Source: Stegostoma tigrinum
Lineage: Eukaryota
DNA length: 64,000 bases
Assembly: GCF_030684315.1 (NCBI RefSeq)
Contig: NC_081356.1
Span: 61,550,835 to 61,614,834, forward strand
Direction of reading: 5' to 3'
Below the pieces are notes generated by a model. The model had not been told where the DNA came from, did not search any database, and saw only the letters and a program-made list of their open reading frames with translations. Numbering within the stretch: position 1 is the stretch's first letter; each line of letters begins with the position of its first letter. Made by a program: the position numbers and the translations under genes. Of this stretch, positions 36,774 to 49,233 are shown piece by piece.

Positions 36774-39700
36774 ACCATGTGCTGGCGAGGTGAGGAATAG
36801 GGAGAGAGAGCAGTTAAACACGTCGCTATAGGTATGGTGCAGGAGGGAGGGATTCAGATACCTGGATAATTGGGGCTCTTTCTGGGGTAGGTGAGACCTC
36901 TACAAACAAGATTGTCTACACCTGAATCAGAGGGGTACCAATATCCTTGGGGGAAAATTTGCTAATGCTCTTCCAGAGGGTTTAAACTAATTCAGCAGGA
37001 GGATGGGAACCTAGCTCCAGTGTACAGGAGGTTGAGAGTGGTGAGGTCATGAATAAGGTTTCAAGGTCGCAGGAGGGTGGTTTGAAGTGTGTCTACTTCA
37101 ATGCCAGGAGCATTTGGAATAAAGTGGGTGAATTTGCCGCATGGGTTGATACCTGGGACATCGATGCTGTGGCCATTTCAGAGACATGGATACAGCAGGG
37201 ACAGGAATGGTTGTTGCACGTTCTGGGGTTTAGTTGTTTCAGTAAGATCAGGGAAGGTGGTAAAAGAGGGGGAGGTGTGACATTGTTAGTCAAGGACAGT
37301 ATTATGGTGGCAGAAAGGATGTTTGATGAGGACTCGTCTACTGAGGTAGTATGGGCTGAGGTTAGTAACAGGAAAGGAGAGGTCACCCTGTTGGGAGTTT
37401 TCTACAGGCCTCCGAAAAGTTCCAGAGATGTAGAGGAAAGGATTGCGAAAATAATTCTAGATAGGAGCGAAAGTAACAGTGTAGTTGTTATGGTGGACTT
37501 TAACCTTCCAAATATTGATTGGAAATGCTACAGTTTGAGGACATTAGATGGGTCAGTTTTTGCCTAACGTGTGCAGGAGGGTTTCCTGACACAGTATGTA
37601 GATAGGCCAACAAGAGGTGAGGCCACATTGGATTTGGTACTGGGTAATGAATCAGTTCAGGTGTTAGATTTGGAGGTGGTGAGCACTTTGATGATAGTGA
37701 CCACAATTCGGTTACGTTTACTTTAGTGATGGAAAGGGATAAGTACATATTGCAGGGCAAGAGATATAGCGGGGGGGGGCAAAGCAATTATGAGGCAGTT
37801 AGGCAAGATTTAGGATGCATAGGATGGGGAAGGAAACTGCAGGGGTTGGGCGCAATTGAAAAGTGGAGCTTGTTCAAGGAACAGCTACTGTATGTCCTTG
37901 ATAAGTATGTACCTGTCAGGCAGGGAGGAAGTGGTCGAGCAAGGGAACCGAAGAAGTTGAATCTCTTGTCAAGAGGATGAAGGAGGCTTATGTAAAGATG
38001 AGGCGTGAAGGCTCAGCTAGGACACTTGAGAGTTACAAGTTAGCCAGGAAGGATCTAAAGAGAGAGCTGAGAAGAGCCAGGAGGGGACATGAGAAGTCTT
38101 TGGCAGATAGGCTCGAGGAAATCCCTAAAGCTTTCTATAGGTAGGTCAGGAATAAAAGAATGACTAGAGTAAGATTAGGGCCAGTCATGGACAGTAGTGT
38201 GAAGTTGTGCATGGAGTCTGAAGAGATAGGAGAGGTGCTAAATGAATATTTTTCATCAGTGTTCACAAAGGAAAAAGACAATGTTGCCGAGGAGAATACT
38301 GAGATACAGGGTATTAGACTAGAAGGGATTGATGTTCATTCATAAGGAGGAGATGTTAGCAAATCTGGAAAGTGGGAAAGTGTGAAAGTAGATAAGTTCC
38401 CTGGGCCAGATGGGATTTATCCTAGGATTCTCTGGGAAGCTAGGGAGGAGATTACAAAGCCTTTCATTTTGATCTTTATGTCGTCAGTGTCTTCAGGAAC
38501 AGTGCCAGAAGACTGGAGGATAGCAAATGTTGTCCCCTTGTTCAAGAAGGGAAGTAGAGACAACCCTAGTAATTGTAGACCAGTGAGCCTTACTTCGGTG
38601 TGGGTAAAGTGTTGGAAAGGATTATAAGATATAGGGGTTATAATCAAGTAGAAAGGAACAATTTGATTAGTGATAGTCAACATGGTTTTATGAGGGGTAG
38701 GTCGTGCCTCACAAACCTTATTGAGTTTTTGGAGAAGGTGACCAAACAGGTAGATGAGGGTAAAGTAGTTGATGTGGTGTATATGGATTTCAGTAAAGCA
38801 TTTCAGAAGATTCCCCATGGTATGCTATTGCAGAAAATACAGAGGCATGGGGCTGAGGGTGATTTAACGGTTTGGATCAGAAATTGGCTAGCTGTAAGAA
38901 GACAGATGGTGGTGATTGATGGGAAATGTTCATCCTGGAGTTCAGTTACTAGTGGTGTACCGCAAGGATCTGTTTTGGGGCCACCGCTGTTTGTCATTTT
39001 TATAAATGACCTGGATAAGGGCATAGAAGGATGGGTTAGTAAATTTGTGGATGACACTAAAGTCGATGGAGTTGTGGACAGTGTGGAAGGATGTTGCAGG
39101 TTACAGAGGGACATAGATAAGCTGCAGAGCTGGGCTGAGAGGTGGCAAATGGAGTTTAATGCGGAAAAATGTGAGGTGATGCACTTTGGAAGGAGAAACA
39201 GGAGTACAGAGTAGTAGGCTAATAGTAAGATTCTTGGTAGTGTGAATGAGCAGACAGATCTCGGTGTCTATGTGCATAGATCCCTGAAAGTTGCCACCCA
39301 GGTTGATAGGGTTGTTAGGAAGGCGTATGTTGTGTTAGGTTTTGTTGGCAGAGGGATTGAGTTTCAGAGCCATGAGGTCATGTTGCAGCTGTACAAAACT
39401 CTGGTGCGGCCGCACTTGGGGTATTGTGTACAGTTCTGGTCATCGCATTATAGGAAGGATGTGGAACATTGTAAAGGATGCAGAAGAGATTTACCAGGAT
39501 GTTGCCTGGTATGGAGGGAAGGTCTTATGAGGAAAGGCTGAGGGACTTGAGGCTGTTTTCGTTAGAGAGAAGAAAGTTAAGAGGTGACTTAATAGAGACA
39601 TACAAGATCATCTGAGGATTAGATAGGGTGGACAGTGAGAGCCTTTTCGCTCGAATGGTGTTGGCTAGCACGAGGGGACATAGCTTTAAATTGAGGGGTG

Positions 39701-39936
39701 ATAGATATAGGACAGATGCCAGAGGTAGGCTCTTTACTCAGAGAGTAGAAAGGGCGTGGAATGCCCTGCCTGCAACAGTAGTAGGTTTGCCAACTTTAAG
39801 GGCATTTAAATGGTCAAAGGATAACCATATGGATGATAATAGAATAGTGTAGGTTAGATGGACTTCAGTTTGGTTTCACAAGTCAGTGCAACATCGAGGG
39901 CCGAAGGGCCTGTACTGCACTGTAATGTTTTATGTT
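36774..39936 (+). mobile_element. CR1 LINE with the ORF1 3' end and near-complete but disrupted ORF2
   Basis: ORF1 esterase-like end (DCLHLNQRGTNILGGKFANAL); endonuclease YFNARSI, AISETW, GVFYRPP, VDFNLP; RT KFPGPDGIYPR, QHGFMRGRSCLTNL, DFSKAF, GVPQGSVLGP, FVDDTK; tail tgttttatgtt; ctaga on both sides. Confidence 0.95.
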
Positions 39937-40469
39937 CTAGAGGATATGGGTTTAAAGTGTGAGGGGGATGATTTAAGAGGGATTTAACGGGCAACTTTTC
40001 CCATAGAGGGCGGCGCATGTATGAAGTGAGCTGCCAGAGGAAGTTGTAGAGACTGGTACAATTGCAACATTTTAAAGTCATCTGGATGGGCACATCAATA
40101 GAAAGGGTTTAGAGGGATATGGGTCAAATGCAGGCAAATGGGACTAAACTAATTTACAATCTGGTTGGCATGGATAAGTTGGACTGAAGGGTCTGTTTCC
40201 ATGTTGTACTCCTCTATGAGTCTGACAAATTATGGCTGACAAAGGAAGTTAAGGATTGTAGAAATAATACAAGAAGCTTAGTCTTTGAGTGTATTAATGC
40301 AGAAATTACTGAATTTCTGATTATAAATGGCATTCATGGTTATGAGGTGGGTAAAAAGTAATAAGGTGTTCAATCACACATGACCACTTTCAGTGCAGCA
40401 AGTTTGACAGCCTGAATGACCTACTCCTGTTCCTGTGTTTCTCTGTCCACAAGACTGATTCCAACCTTC

Positions 40470-41105
40470 TTGCCATTTCAGTTTAACATCCTGCTCTCAG
40501 ACCAACATCTTTGTCCATGACCTGCTCCAATGTTCAAGCAAAGCCTAGCACAAGCTAAAGGAATAGTATGTCATTTTTCATTTAGTCACTTTACAGCCTT
40601 CATTACTCAGCTTTGGGTTCAACAGCCTTAGATTATGAATTCTGTCCTCAATTTTGCTTCCATCCCCCTAAAACCCCACTCCAGTATCTTGTTTGTCTGT
40701 GCTTGCTTTCAGCTGAGTTCATTTATTATCTGCTATTGAAACCTACCCTTAACTCCTAACCATCATCTATATCCCTAATACCATTATCACTCTCAGTCTT
40801 TTGCTCTGGGCACTTTTACTTATATGTTCTGCTTGCTCTTCCTCCCAATTTCTGCTGCGCAAACACCATCACTTTTCCAGATTGATTTTTTGAAGAAGGG
40901 TCTCGACCCAAAATTTCAGCTTTCCTGCTCCTCTGATGCTGCTGGCCTGCTGTGTTCATCCAGCTCTTCACCTTGTTATCTCACTTTTCCAGACTGTTAC
41001 AGTTTTGAAGAGGAGTCATTGTGGACTTGAAAAGTTAGCTTTGTTTCTCTCTCTCTCCAGATGCTGCCAGATCTGCTGAAACTCTCCAGCACTTTCTGTT
41101 TTACT
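40470..41105 (+). mobile_element. Old Penelope C-terminus and terminal repeat, hosting a young terminal-repeat insert
   Basis: HKLKE*YVIFHLVTLQP-like end; terminal repeat with degenerate hammerhead ttgaagaggagtcattgtggacttgaaaagtt at ~41005-41036. Confidence 0.7.
40885..40982 (+). mobile_element. Tail-less terminal-repeat fragment of the young Neptune-type family
   Basis: tgaagaagggtctcgacccaaaatttc...ccttgttatctc; flanked by tcacttttccagattg (40869-40884) / tcacttttccagactg (40981-40996). Confidence 0.85.
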
Positions 41106-41924
41106 AAAGCCAGAAGAAGTTTGTTCCCCCAATTGTTTGGAACTAACGCTGTAGTTCATGTTTTGCAATGCATGAGAAAAACAGAGAAAAAAATCTTTAA
41201 TTTAAATATAAGACATATGAACTAAATCATAATACTGTCTGAATTGGCAAAGTACAATTCCTCAGAATACAATTTAAGTGGTTTCTGGGAACAATAAAAG
41301 CTACCAATCATGACTCGCCTAATGATTTTTCACCATCCTCAAGCACTTCAGACACTCAACTGAAATAAATGTAGAAGGCTTTGTTAAAACAGCTGTGCAA
41401 TGAGTAATATGAAGCAAAATGGCTAATTTTATGAATTGAACTGTGGGTGTAATGACCAGCATTGAAATGAAGTGTAATCAGATTTGTGATGAGGAAAGGC
41501 AAAGCCCTACTATTGGAAAAAAACAAGGAACTTTTCAGTATAAGACAGAAAGTCACCTTAGTACTCCTGAAGAACTTGGTAGTCCTGCAGAAAAGTCCTG
41601 AAGAAGTTAAATAATTTAAAAACATGAGGATAAGACATAAATATTATCAGCTGGAAGTACAGAATACATAAGGGCATAATGAAACTTAGTATCTGCTAAA
41701 GATAATCACAAATCTGCTGAATGCTCATTGAAATGTTTTGGCAAGGATTTAGCAGCTGGTATTATCACTGAAAATTGCAGGGTCATACAAACATTTTAAA
41801 AAATGTCTCAGGGAGACAGAGAATGTGCAGGAGATTTTATTTACATGGTAATCACTAGACTTAATCCTAACAGTTCTCAGCCTGGAAATTGTTGGAAGTA
41901 ATGTTATGATACCTTAATTTTGAA

Positions 41925-42385
41925 ATTGTCATTCCAATCCCTCAACGGCCTCTCCCCCACCTATCTCTTTAATCTACTCTAGCCTCCACAATCTTTAAAG
42001 GTATCCACACCATCTAATTCTCACCTCTTGAGCATCCCTGATTTTATCCACTCTATGATTTATCTCCTGATGTGAAACATACTTGTTTGTTTATTTTTGC
42101 TTGTTTCTTTGATACTTTGTTTCATAAGGTCCTCTGAAGCACCTTAGAATTTTCCTTACATTAAAGACTCCATATAAAAATAAACTATTGCAGCTGTTGT
42201 TGTATCTTCAACTGCCAAGGTTCTAAGTTCAAAACTTTCCTCTCCCTTGAAGGTGTTCCTTAAAAAAAGCCTCTCTGACCAAACATTATGTGGCTCCCTA
42301 CGAAATTTAGATTTTATTTCTTTTGCAAAATGCTTTGAGATGTTCTAAGTTAAAGGTGCTACAGAAATGTAACTTGCTACTATTG
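41925..42385 (+). mobile_element. Old L2-like LINE 3' end(s)
   Basis: SLNGLSPTYL-like C-terminus and two tail-like segments (ttaaagactccatataaa; ttaaaggtgctacagaaatgtaacttg). Confidence 0.55.
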
Positions 42386-44119
42386 TGCAACAGTTGCTGC
42401 GTTCTGCCAGTGTTCATTCTCTGCTTTTTAAAGGAGGTGTTAATCAATTTAAAATAAAGGTTAATGCCTCTCAAAGCAATAGAAATAAGAATTAAATTAC
42501 GTAAAATTCAGAGAATCACATTACTCATAGTAATTGGTAGGCTATAATGTTTAAAGGCTGAAGAAAATATTTAGTCAGAGGTGGTAATTTGAAACAAGTT
42601 GTCAACCCCTAAACATGAAACAGACCATTACTTTCATGAAATCTGTGCTATAGTCTGTTTGGGAGGTCAAACTTGGAAGATGTGGGCTCCATTGAGACTG
42701 GGGGAAACATGGAAATTGTAACATAAATTCACTGTGGGAGTTTTAACTTACCAGGAAGGGTATCTGGGTAACTGAGTGGGCAGCAGGTTAAAAAAGCAAA
42801 CATTTACTGTTGGGAAAGTGACAGGAACTTGCTTCTTTCTGTATTTAGCCTGAGTTTGCCTGTTAGCAGGTGGGAAGCCATTCCCTCCGAGGACAATTGC
42901 ACATGCTGAATGAAGTTTAAACCTTCAACATCAGTTTTTAGTTTTACAGCATGTATTTCCTGGGCTTTTTAGAACTCGCCAGATAAAATAAAGTGAGCAG
43001 CCAGTCAAGATTGGTGGAGCTGAACAATTAACAGAGAAGAAAGCCTTCAAATACTGAAACACCAACAGCCACTCTTCTGCCTGGTGAAGAAATTTTTCAA
43101 AAGGACCTGGCCCAAGAGTTTTCTTTCGGTGCTTCAGATTTTCGATTTTGGAAATCATTTCTGCTATTTTGCAGCTTTTTTTGACTTTGGTCAGCACTTT
43201 TTAGCGGCCCAGCCTTCTCGACAGCTTGCCAGCTGCTTTTATACAGCTCCACCTTAGATTTCTGCTGAGGAGCAAGAACAGCACCTGCTGTGGGAGCAAG
43301 ACCAAGCAGAGCAACTGCAACTTTCTGTTCAGCCTGGAGATCATGAACACAAGAGTTCCAGTTTACAACAGGCTTTATCTCAGCATGGGCCACAAATGCA
43401 GAAGATCAGTTTTTTTTCCTGCTGATCTCCTCTGCCACTTCCAGCGTCTCCTTCTTGTTCTCTTCTTTCTTGGACCTGTCCAAAGGGAACAGGATCATCT
43501 TTTGAGAACTTCTAGTTTGCAGCATGATGTACAGGAAGGCTTCTGAACACTGTGGTACAACCTTTGAATGCTGACATTCATTTCTCCTTTGTTGGCTTAT
43601 TTCTGGTGCTTCCAGAATGTTTTTCCTCCAAGAGCCTCACAGGAAGTTTTCAAATAGTGCAGCTGACACAAACTGTGGGTTTACATCAGGCTCTCCCACT
43701 CAAAATCATCAGGAAACCTGGAAGTCAGACGCAAATGTTTTGGATAAGTTAAAAAGCCACTTGCTGGCACATTGTTGAAGTGTTCAGGTTCCCAAGCTAT
43801 GATTGGTCCCCGCTGCAGTATGCTAATCAAAATGTTAACATTTACCCCATTGACACTTAAATGAATCATTTAACCCTTTAATAACTTTGTAGAAATACGT
43901 TTTTGCTCGCTACCTTAATTTCTAACCATCAAGACAGAGCACAGCAGTCAATGTAGCATTGACAGGGAGTCAGATGATACTGGTCTAGGTGATGGAGCCA
44001 TAGAAAGTGAATGTTTGCAGGCAGAGGTGATAAGAACAGTCTTGGAAGGAAGTTAGTTTAAAGGCATCTCACATGTTAGTACTGATTACAGGTAGCAAAA
44101 AGTAGTTTCCTATTTAGGC

Positions 44120-44670
44120 TATAACACCATAAGAGGAAAAAATGAGCCATATTAGTCCCTCACGTCTGTCCCCGAAACTCTGAAAGACCTTAGCTGATCT
44201 GCCACAGGTCTCAACTCTTTCATTCTGCCTCCTCACAGCCCTCAACTCCCCAAAATTTCAAAAGTTTGAACTATTTCTTTTTTAAATATTTTCAGTGATC
44301 TATATCTACAAATCTCTGGAGTATATAATTCCAGACATTCGCAGTCCTCTGGGAAGAGAAATTCCTTCGTAACTCAGTTTTAAATATTTGCCCCCTCACA
44401 CTATAATTGTAAACTAAAGCTCAAGAAACCTCTACTAGAAAAAATAATCTTTTCAACAACTACCCTAACAAGCCCCCACAGAATATTGTATGTTTCAATA
44501 AGATCGCTCTTCATTCTTCTAAACCTTAATGAATATAGGGTTCAGTCATTCCTGATACATCAACCTCTTCATTACAGAAATCAGTCGAGTGAATCTTTTT
44601 TGAACTGTATCTAATGCTTTCTAATACATCCTTTCTTATACACTGGGACCAAAACTGCTCACAGTACATT
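44120..44670 (-). mobile_element. Old CR1 3' fragment
   Basis: Reverse complement gives YCEQFWS-like and gagcgatcttattgaaacatacaatattctg CR1 C-terminal sequence. Confidence 0.65.
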
Positions 44671-45909
44671 TCATATCTCTCTCAATTTTAATTCTATTGA
44701 AGGTACCACAGGACACTTTGTTTCCTCCCAGTTGCTACAAAGTGACTGCATTTTATTTAATTCCAATTATCACAATAATAGCCAATGGGAGAAAACATTT
44801 CTGAGCTATTTAGCTTTATATTTGTTGCATTAATCTTTTTAATAGTTCCCCTAGTTAAGATCAGTTATGCTAGTCTATAATGGAGCCTATTTTCAGATAG
44901 TTTTTTTTCAATAACAACATGTTTTTTATAATGACTTTTAATAAAGATTTTAAAATTGAATGAGAATTTTTAAAATAATTTTACTGCCTACTTTTGAAGG
45001 AGGAATCCTTGCTGCAGTAACAGATAGTACAGAAAGTCTGTTAGTTCTTTCTACCAATTTACTGTCACTATTTACTAATGTTTGCTTTTTCACTGAATTT
45101 AGCAGAGCAAAGTATAGTCTAATGTGCATGAAAGGAAATTCAGTGGAGTTTATTATTTTTAAACGTATGTTGTATATTTCTTTACAGTTGATAAATATAA
45201 CGTTGATGTACGTTTTGAATAGCTCCCTTACATTAAAGTGCAATCACTGAATTCAAAATTTCTTTTTTTCTAACCATATAAGTTAACAAAATAAGTTTCC
45301 CAATTCATTGCTTATATAAACTATCCTAACATGATTGGGATGATTGACTGATGAGAAACAGAGTTTTCTGTAAATTTCTAGAATCTGTCTACAACATAGG
45401 TTGGCTGAAATACGGAATATTAGGAGCTGAAGAAAAGTTTGGGATTGATTTATCCAAAATGATTCTATACTATTAAAGGTGATATTTAAGTGTGAACTGA
45501 AATGTTTCCATAACCTGACAACCTTTGCTGCTGATCTTTATCCTCCCTGGAGCTCCTTGAATGGAACATATTCAGCCAGTCTAATTCTGTAGATTTCCAT
45601 AAGTTAACACGTTCTGTAGTACACAATGTTGCTTTTCATGCTCTCATACATTAAACTCATCACTTGCCATTTTTTTCATTAGATTGGATTATTCAGCTGT
45701 TTCAGTCTCCCCGGATTTCCACGATGTCCCAGTGCCAAGTGAGTGGACCTAGAGAAATCCATTTTTAAGTGACATATAATAGGCTGCACATTTTGTGGCT
45801 ATTTCAGTGGTGCTTGGCTTTAGTTTGATGGGATTGGCTGCGGCATTGTGGATGTAGTAAGATGATTTGTTACCCTTCATTGCAGAATTATGGTGGCCAA
45901 ATCCACTAG

Positions 45910-46253
45910 CTTTAAGGGCATTTAAATGGTCATAGGATAAACATATGGAAGGTATTGGAATGGTGTAGGTTAGATGGGCTTCAGATCGGTTTCACATGTT
46001 GGCGCAACATTGAGGGCTGAAGGGCCTGTACTGCACTGTAATGTTCTATGTTCTAGAGGATATGGGTTTAAAGTGTGAGGGGGAAGATTTAAAAGTGATC
46101 TAAGGGGCAACTTTTCCCATAGAGGGCAGTGCATGTATGAAGTGAGCTGCCAGATGAAGTTGTAGAGACTGGTACAATTGCAACATTTTAAAGTCATCTG
46201 GATGGGCACATCAATAGAAAGGGTTTAGAGGGACATGGGTCAAATGCTGGCAA
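45910..46253 (+). repeat. Direct duplicate of 39794-40137 (junction of CR1 tail and host CR1)
   Basis: Colinear, with high identity across the junction tatgttctagaggatatgggtttaaagtgtgaggggga; ORFs 39854-40093 and 45970-46209 are near-identical. Confidence 0.9.
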
Positions 46254-47080
46254 CCATCTGACTTAGCCATATTCACAGAATCATATCTTACAGGCAATGC
46301 CCCAGACGCCATCCATCATCTTCTCTGGTTATGTCCTGTCTCATTGGCAGGGCAGACCCACCAGAGATGATGACACAATGTTTATAATCAGCATGGAGTT
46401 TTCAACATTAGTTCTGGACCCCCTGAAGTCTCATTCCACCAGTTCATATGTAGGCATGGCCTCCTGCTGATTATCACTAATACTCTCGCCCTTTGGAGGA
46501 TGACACTGTGCTCCTCCATGTTAAATACCACATGGAGGAAGCTCAGAATGTGGCAAGGCAGCCATACTTTTGTTCAGCGAATTTGAATGCTCATTATCAG
46601 GAGTAGCTCAACAACATCATTATTGATCGAGCTGGGTGAGTCCTAAAGGACATTGTTGATAGACTGGGTCTGTGGCAGATGCTGAGGGAGCCAACAGGTA
46701 GACAAAAACATACTTCAAATAATTTTCAGTAATTTGCCTGCACAAGTACATCTGTCCCAAACAGTAAGAGTTACTGCCATGCAGTCCTTGCACAGATGAA
46801 GTTCCATTAAGGATACCCTCTTTCATGTAGTGTGGCACTTGGAACATATCGAGTAATTCAACTTTGGTCATCTATGGGGCGCGGTGGGCCATCAGGAACA
46901 GTAGAATTGCACTCCAACACAATCTACAACCTTATGGCATGGAATATTCTGACTCAACCATTGTCATCAAGCCAGGGATATAACATTGGCTCAACAGAGA
47001 GTACAGGAGCACATGCCGGGAGCAGAGCCAGGCATTCCTAAAAATCAGGTGTCAACCTGTTGAAGCTACCAAACAGGACG

Positions 47081-47890
47081 AGAGTCATAGAGACATAGAG
47101 ATGTACAGCACGAAACAGACCTTTTAGTCCAACTCGTCTATGCCAACCAGGTATCCTAAATTAATCTAATACCATTAGCCAGCATTTAACCCATATCCCT
47201 CTAAACCCTTCCTAAGCACATACCCATCCTGCTGCTTTTTAAATGTTATAATTGCAGCAGCCTGTACCACTTCCTCTGGCAATTTATTCCATGCATGCAC
47301 CACCCTCTATGTGAAAAGAGTTGCCCTTTGGGGTCTGTTTTAAATGTTTTACCTCTCACTTTAAATCTATGCCCCCTAGTTTTGGACACCCCTATCCTTA
47401 GGACATGGCCTAGACTATTCATCCTATCAAGTTCTCTCATGATTTTATAAACTTCTATAAGGTCATCCCTTAGCGTCCAACACTCCAGAGAAAATATCCC
47501 CTCGACAATTCAGGCTTTCCCTTTCACTTTTGTAAACCTTTTCTGAACACTATCAGGTTTCACAATATCTTTCCTATAGAAGGAAGCCCAGAATTGGGCA
47601 CAATATCCAAAAAGTGGCCTTTGCAACAACACGACCTCCCAACTCCTACACTCAATGTGCTGACCAACAAAGGCAAGTATACCAAACATCTTCTTCACTA
47701 TCCTATCTACCTCCAACTCCACCTTCAAGGAAATACGAAGCTGCAATCCAAGGTGCGTTTACTTTGCAACACTTTCCACAGACTTACTGTGAAATGTATG
47801 AGTCCTGCCTTGATTTGCCCTACCAAAATGTTGCACTTCACATTTATCTAGAGTAAACTCTATCTGCCACTCCTCAGCCCATCGGCCATC
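47081..47890 (-). mobile_element. CR1 3' part inserted antisense in the LINE above
   Basis: Minus ORFs RWAEEWQIEF...CEVQHFGRAN, YCAQFWASFYRKDI, SKTRGHRFKVRG; CR1 tail at 47081-47140. Confidence 0.88.
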
Positions 47891-49095
47891 TATTAGAGTG
47901 TTGCAGCAACAGTTAGACTGAACTGAGTGATCCCACAACCAACGATCAAATCTAAACTCTGAGGTGGTGCTACATCCAGTCATGAATGTTGATGGACAAT
48001 TAAACAACTCACAGGAGGAGGAGTGTCAATGAGGGGAGAGCCCATAACATCAGTGCAAAAGATATGGTAGAAGCATTCACAGCAATCTTCAGCCTGTGCT
48101 GTCAAATGCAAGGATCCATCTTGGCCTGTCCTATTGGAGCCCAGCATCACAGCTGCCAGACTTCTAACAGTTCGATTCACTTCATGTGATAACAAGAAAT
48201 GGCTAAAGGTATTGAATACCATAAAATCCATGGACCCTGACAACATTCCAGGAACAGTACAAAGGACATGTGCTCCAGAATGTACTGAGAGTTCAGCCAA
48301 GTTGCTCCAGTATAGATATAACACCATTATCTACCTGACAATATAAAAATTGCCCAGGAATGCACTGCACACCAAAGGTAGGAGAAATCCAACGAAGTCA
48401 ATTGCCACCCCATCTTCTCTCAATCCATAGTAAAATGATAAAAGGGCTCATCAACAGTGCTAACAAGGTGCGGTAGCTCAGCAGTAACCAGCTCAGTGAC
48501 GCCTTGATTGAATTCTCCCACTGCCACTCAACTCCTAAATTCAATACCGCCTTGTTTCCAATATGGGTAAAAGAGCTTAATTGTTGAAGGAAGGTGAGAG
48601 TAATTGGAGCCCTAACAAAAGAATAATCAACACAAATCAGGGAGGAACTCTCTGCTGATTAGAGTCATACCCAGTTCATAGGATAATGGTTGTGGTGTGG
48701 GAGGTCAGCCATCCCAGATCCAGGACCTCTCTGCAGGAGTTCCTAACAATAGTGTCCTAGGACTAGCTATCTTCAGTTCTTTTATCAAAGTCCTTTCTTC
48801 AATGTCAGTACCTAGGTTGATGTTTGTATAAGATTCAGCACCATTCACATCTTCTTAAATGCTAAAGCAGTCAAATTCAGAAAAGTCCTGAAAAAATCAG
48901 ATTTGGGGTGAAAACTGACATCCATGCTATGCAAGACCCAAGCAATGACCATCTCAAACAAGAAACAATCTAATCATCACCCTTCATCTTCAATGGCATT
49001 ACAATCACTGGAACTTTCTGCATCCTGGGGGTTAATGTTGACCAGAAAATCAACTGAACGAGTTTGGTAAATACTATCACTACAAGAATGTTCCT

Positions 49096-49233
49096 TAGTT
49101 CTGAGGAAGGATCACCAGACCTGAAAAGTTAACTCTGATTTTTTCTTCACAAATGCTGCCAGACCTGCTGAGCTTTTTCTGCAACTTCTGTTTTCTTTTC
49201 TGATTTACAGTATCTGCACTTCTTTCAGTTTTT
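49096..49233 (+). mobile_element. Penelope terminal repeat (older family) with hammerhead-like core and tail
   Basis: agtt-CTGAGGA-aggatcaccagacct-GAAAAGTT-aact followed by the conserved repeat and tail. Confidence 0.8.

Larger units (their letters stand above)
35885..40225 (+). mobile_element. Host CR1 3' half (35885-36773 and 39937-40225), interrupted by a Penelope palindrome and a longer CR1
   Basis: VRPLLEYYMLFWSPCYRKDIVKLGRVQKRFTRML; continues after 39936 to the tail gaagggtctgtttccatgttgtactcctctatgag. Confidence 0.85.
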
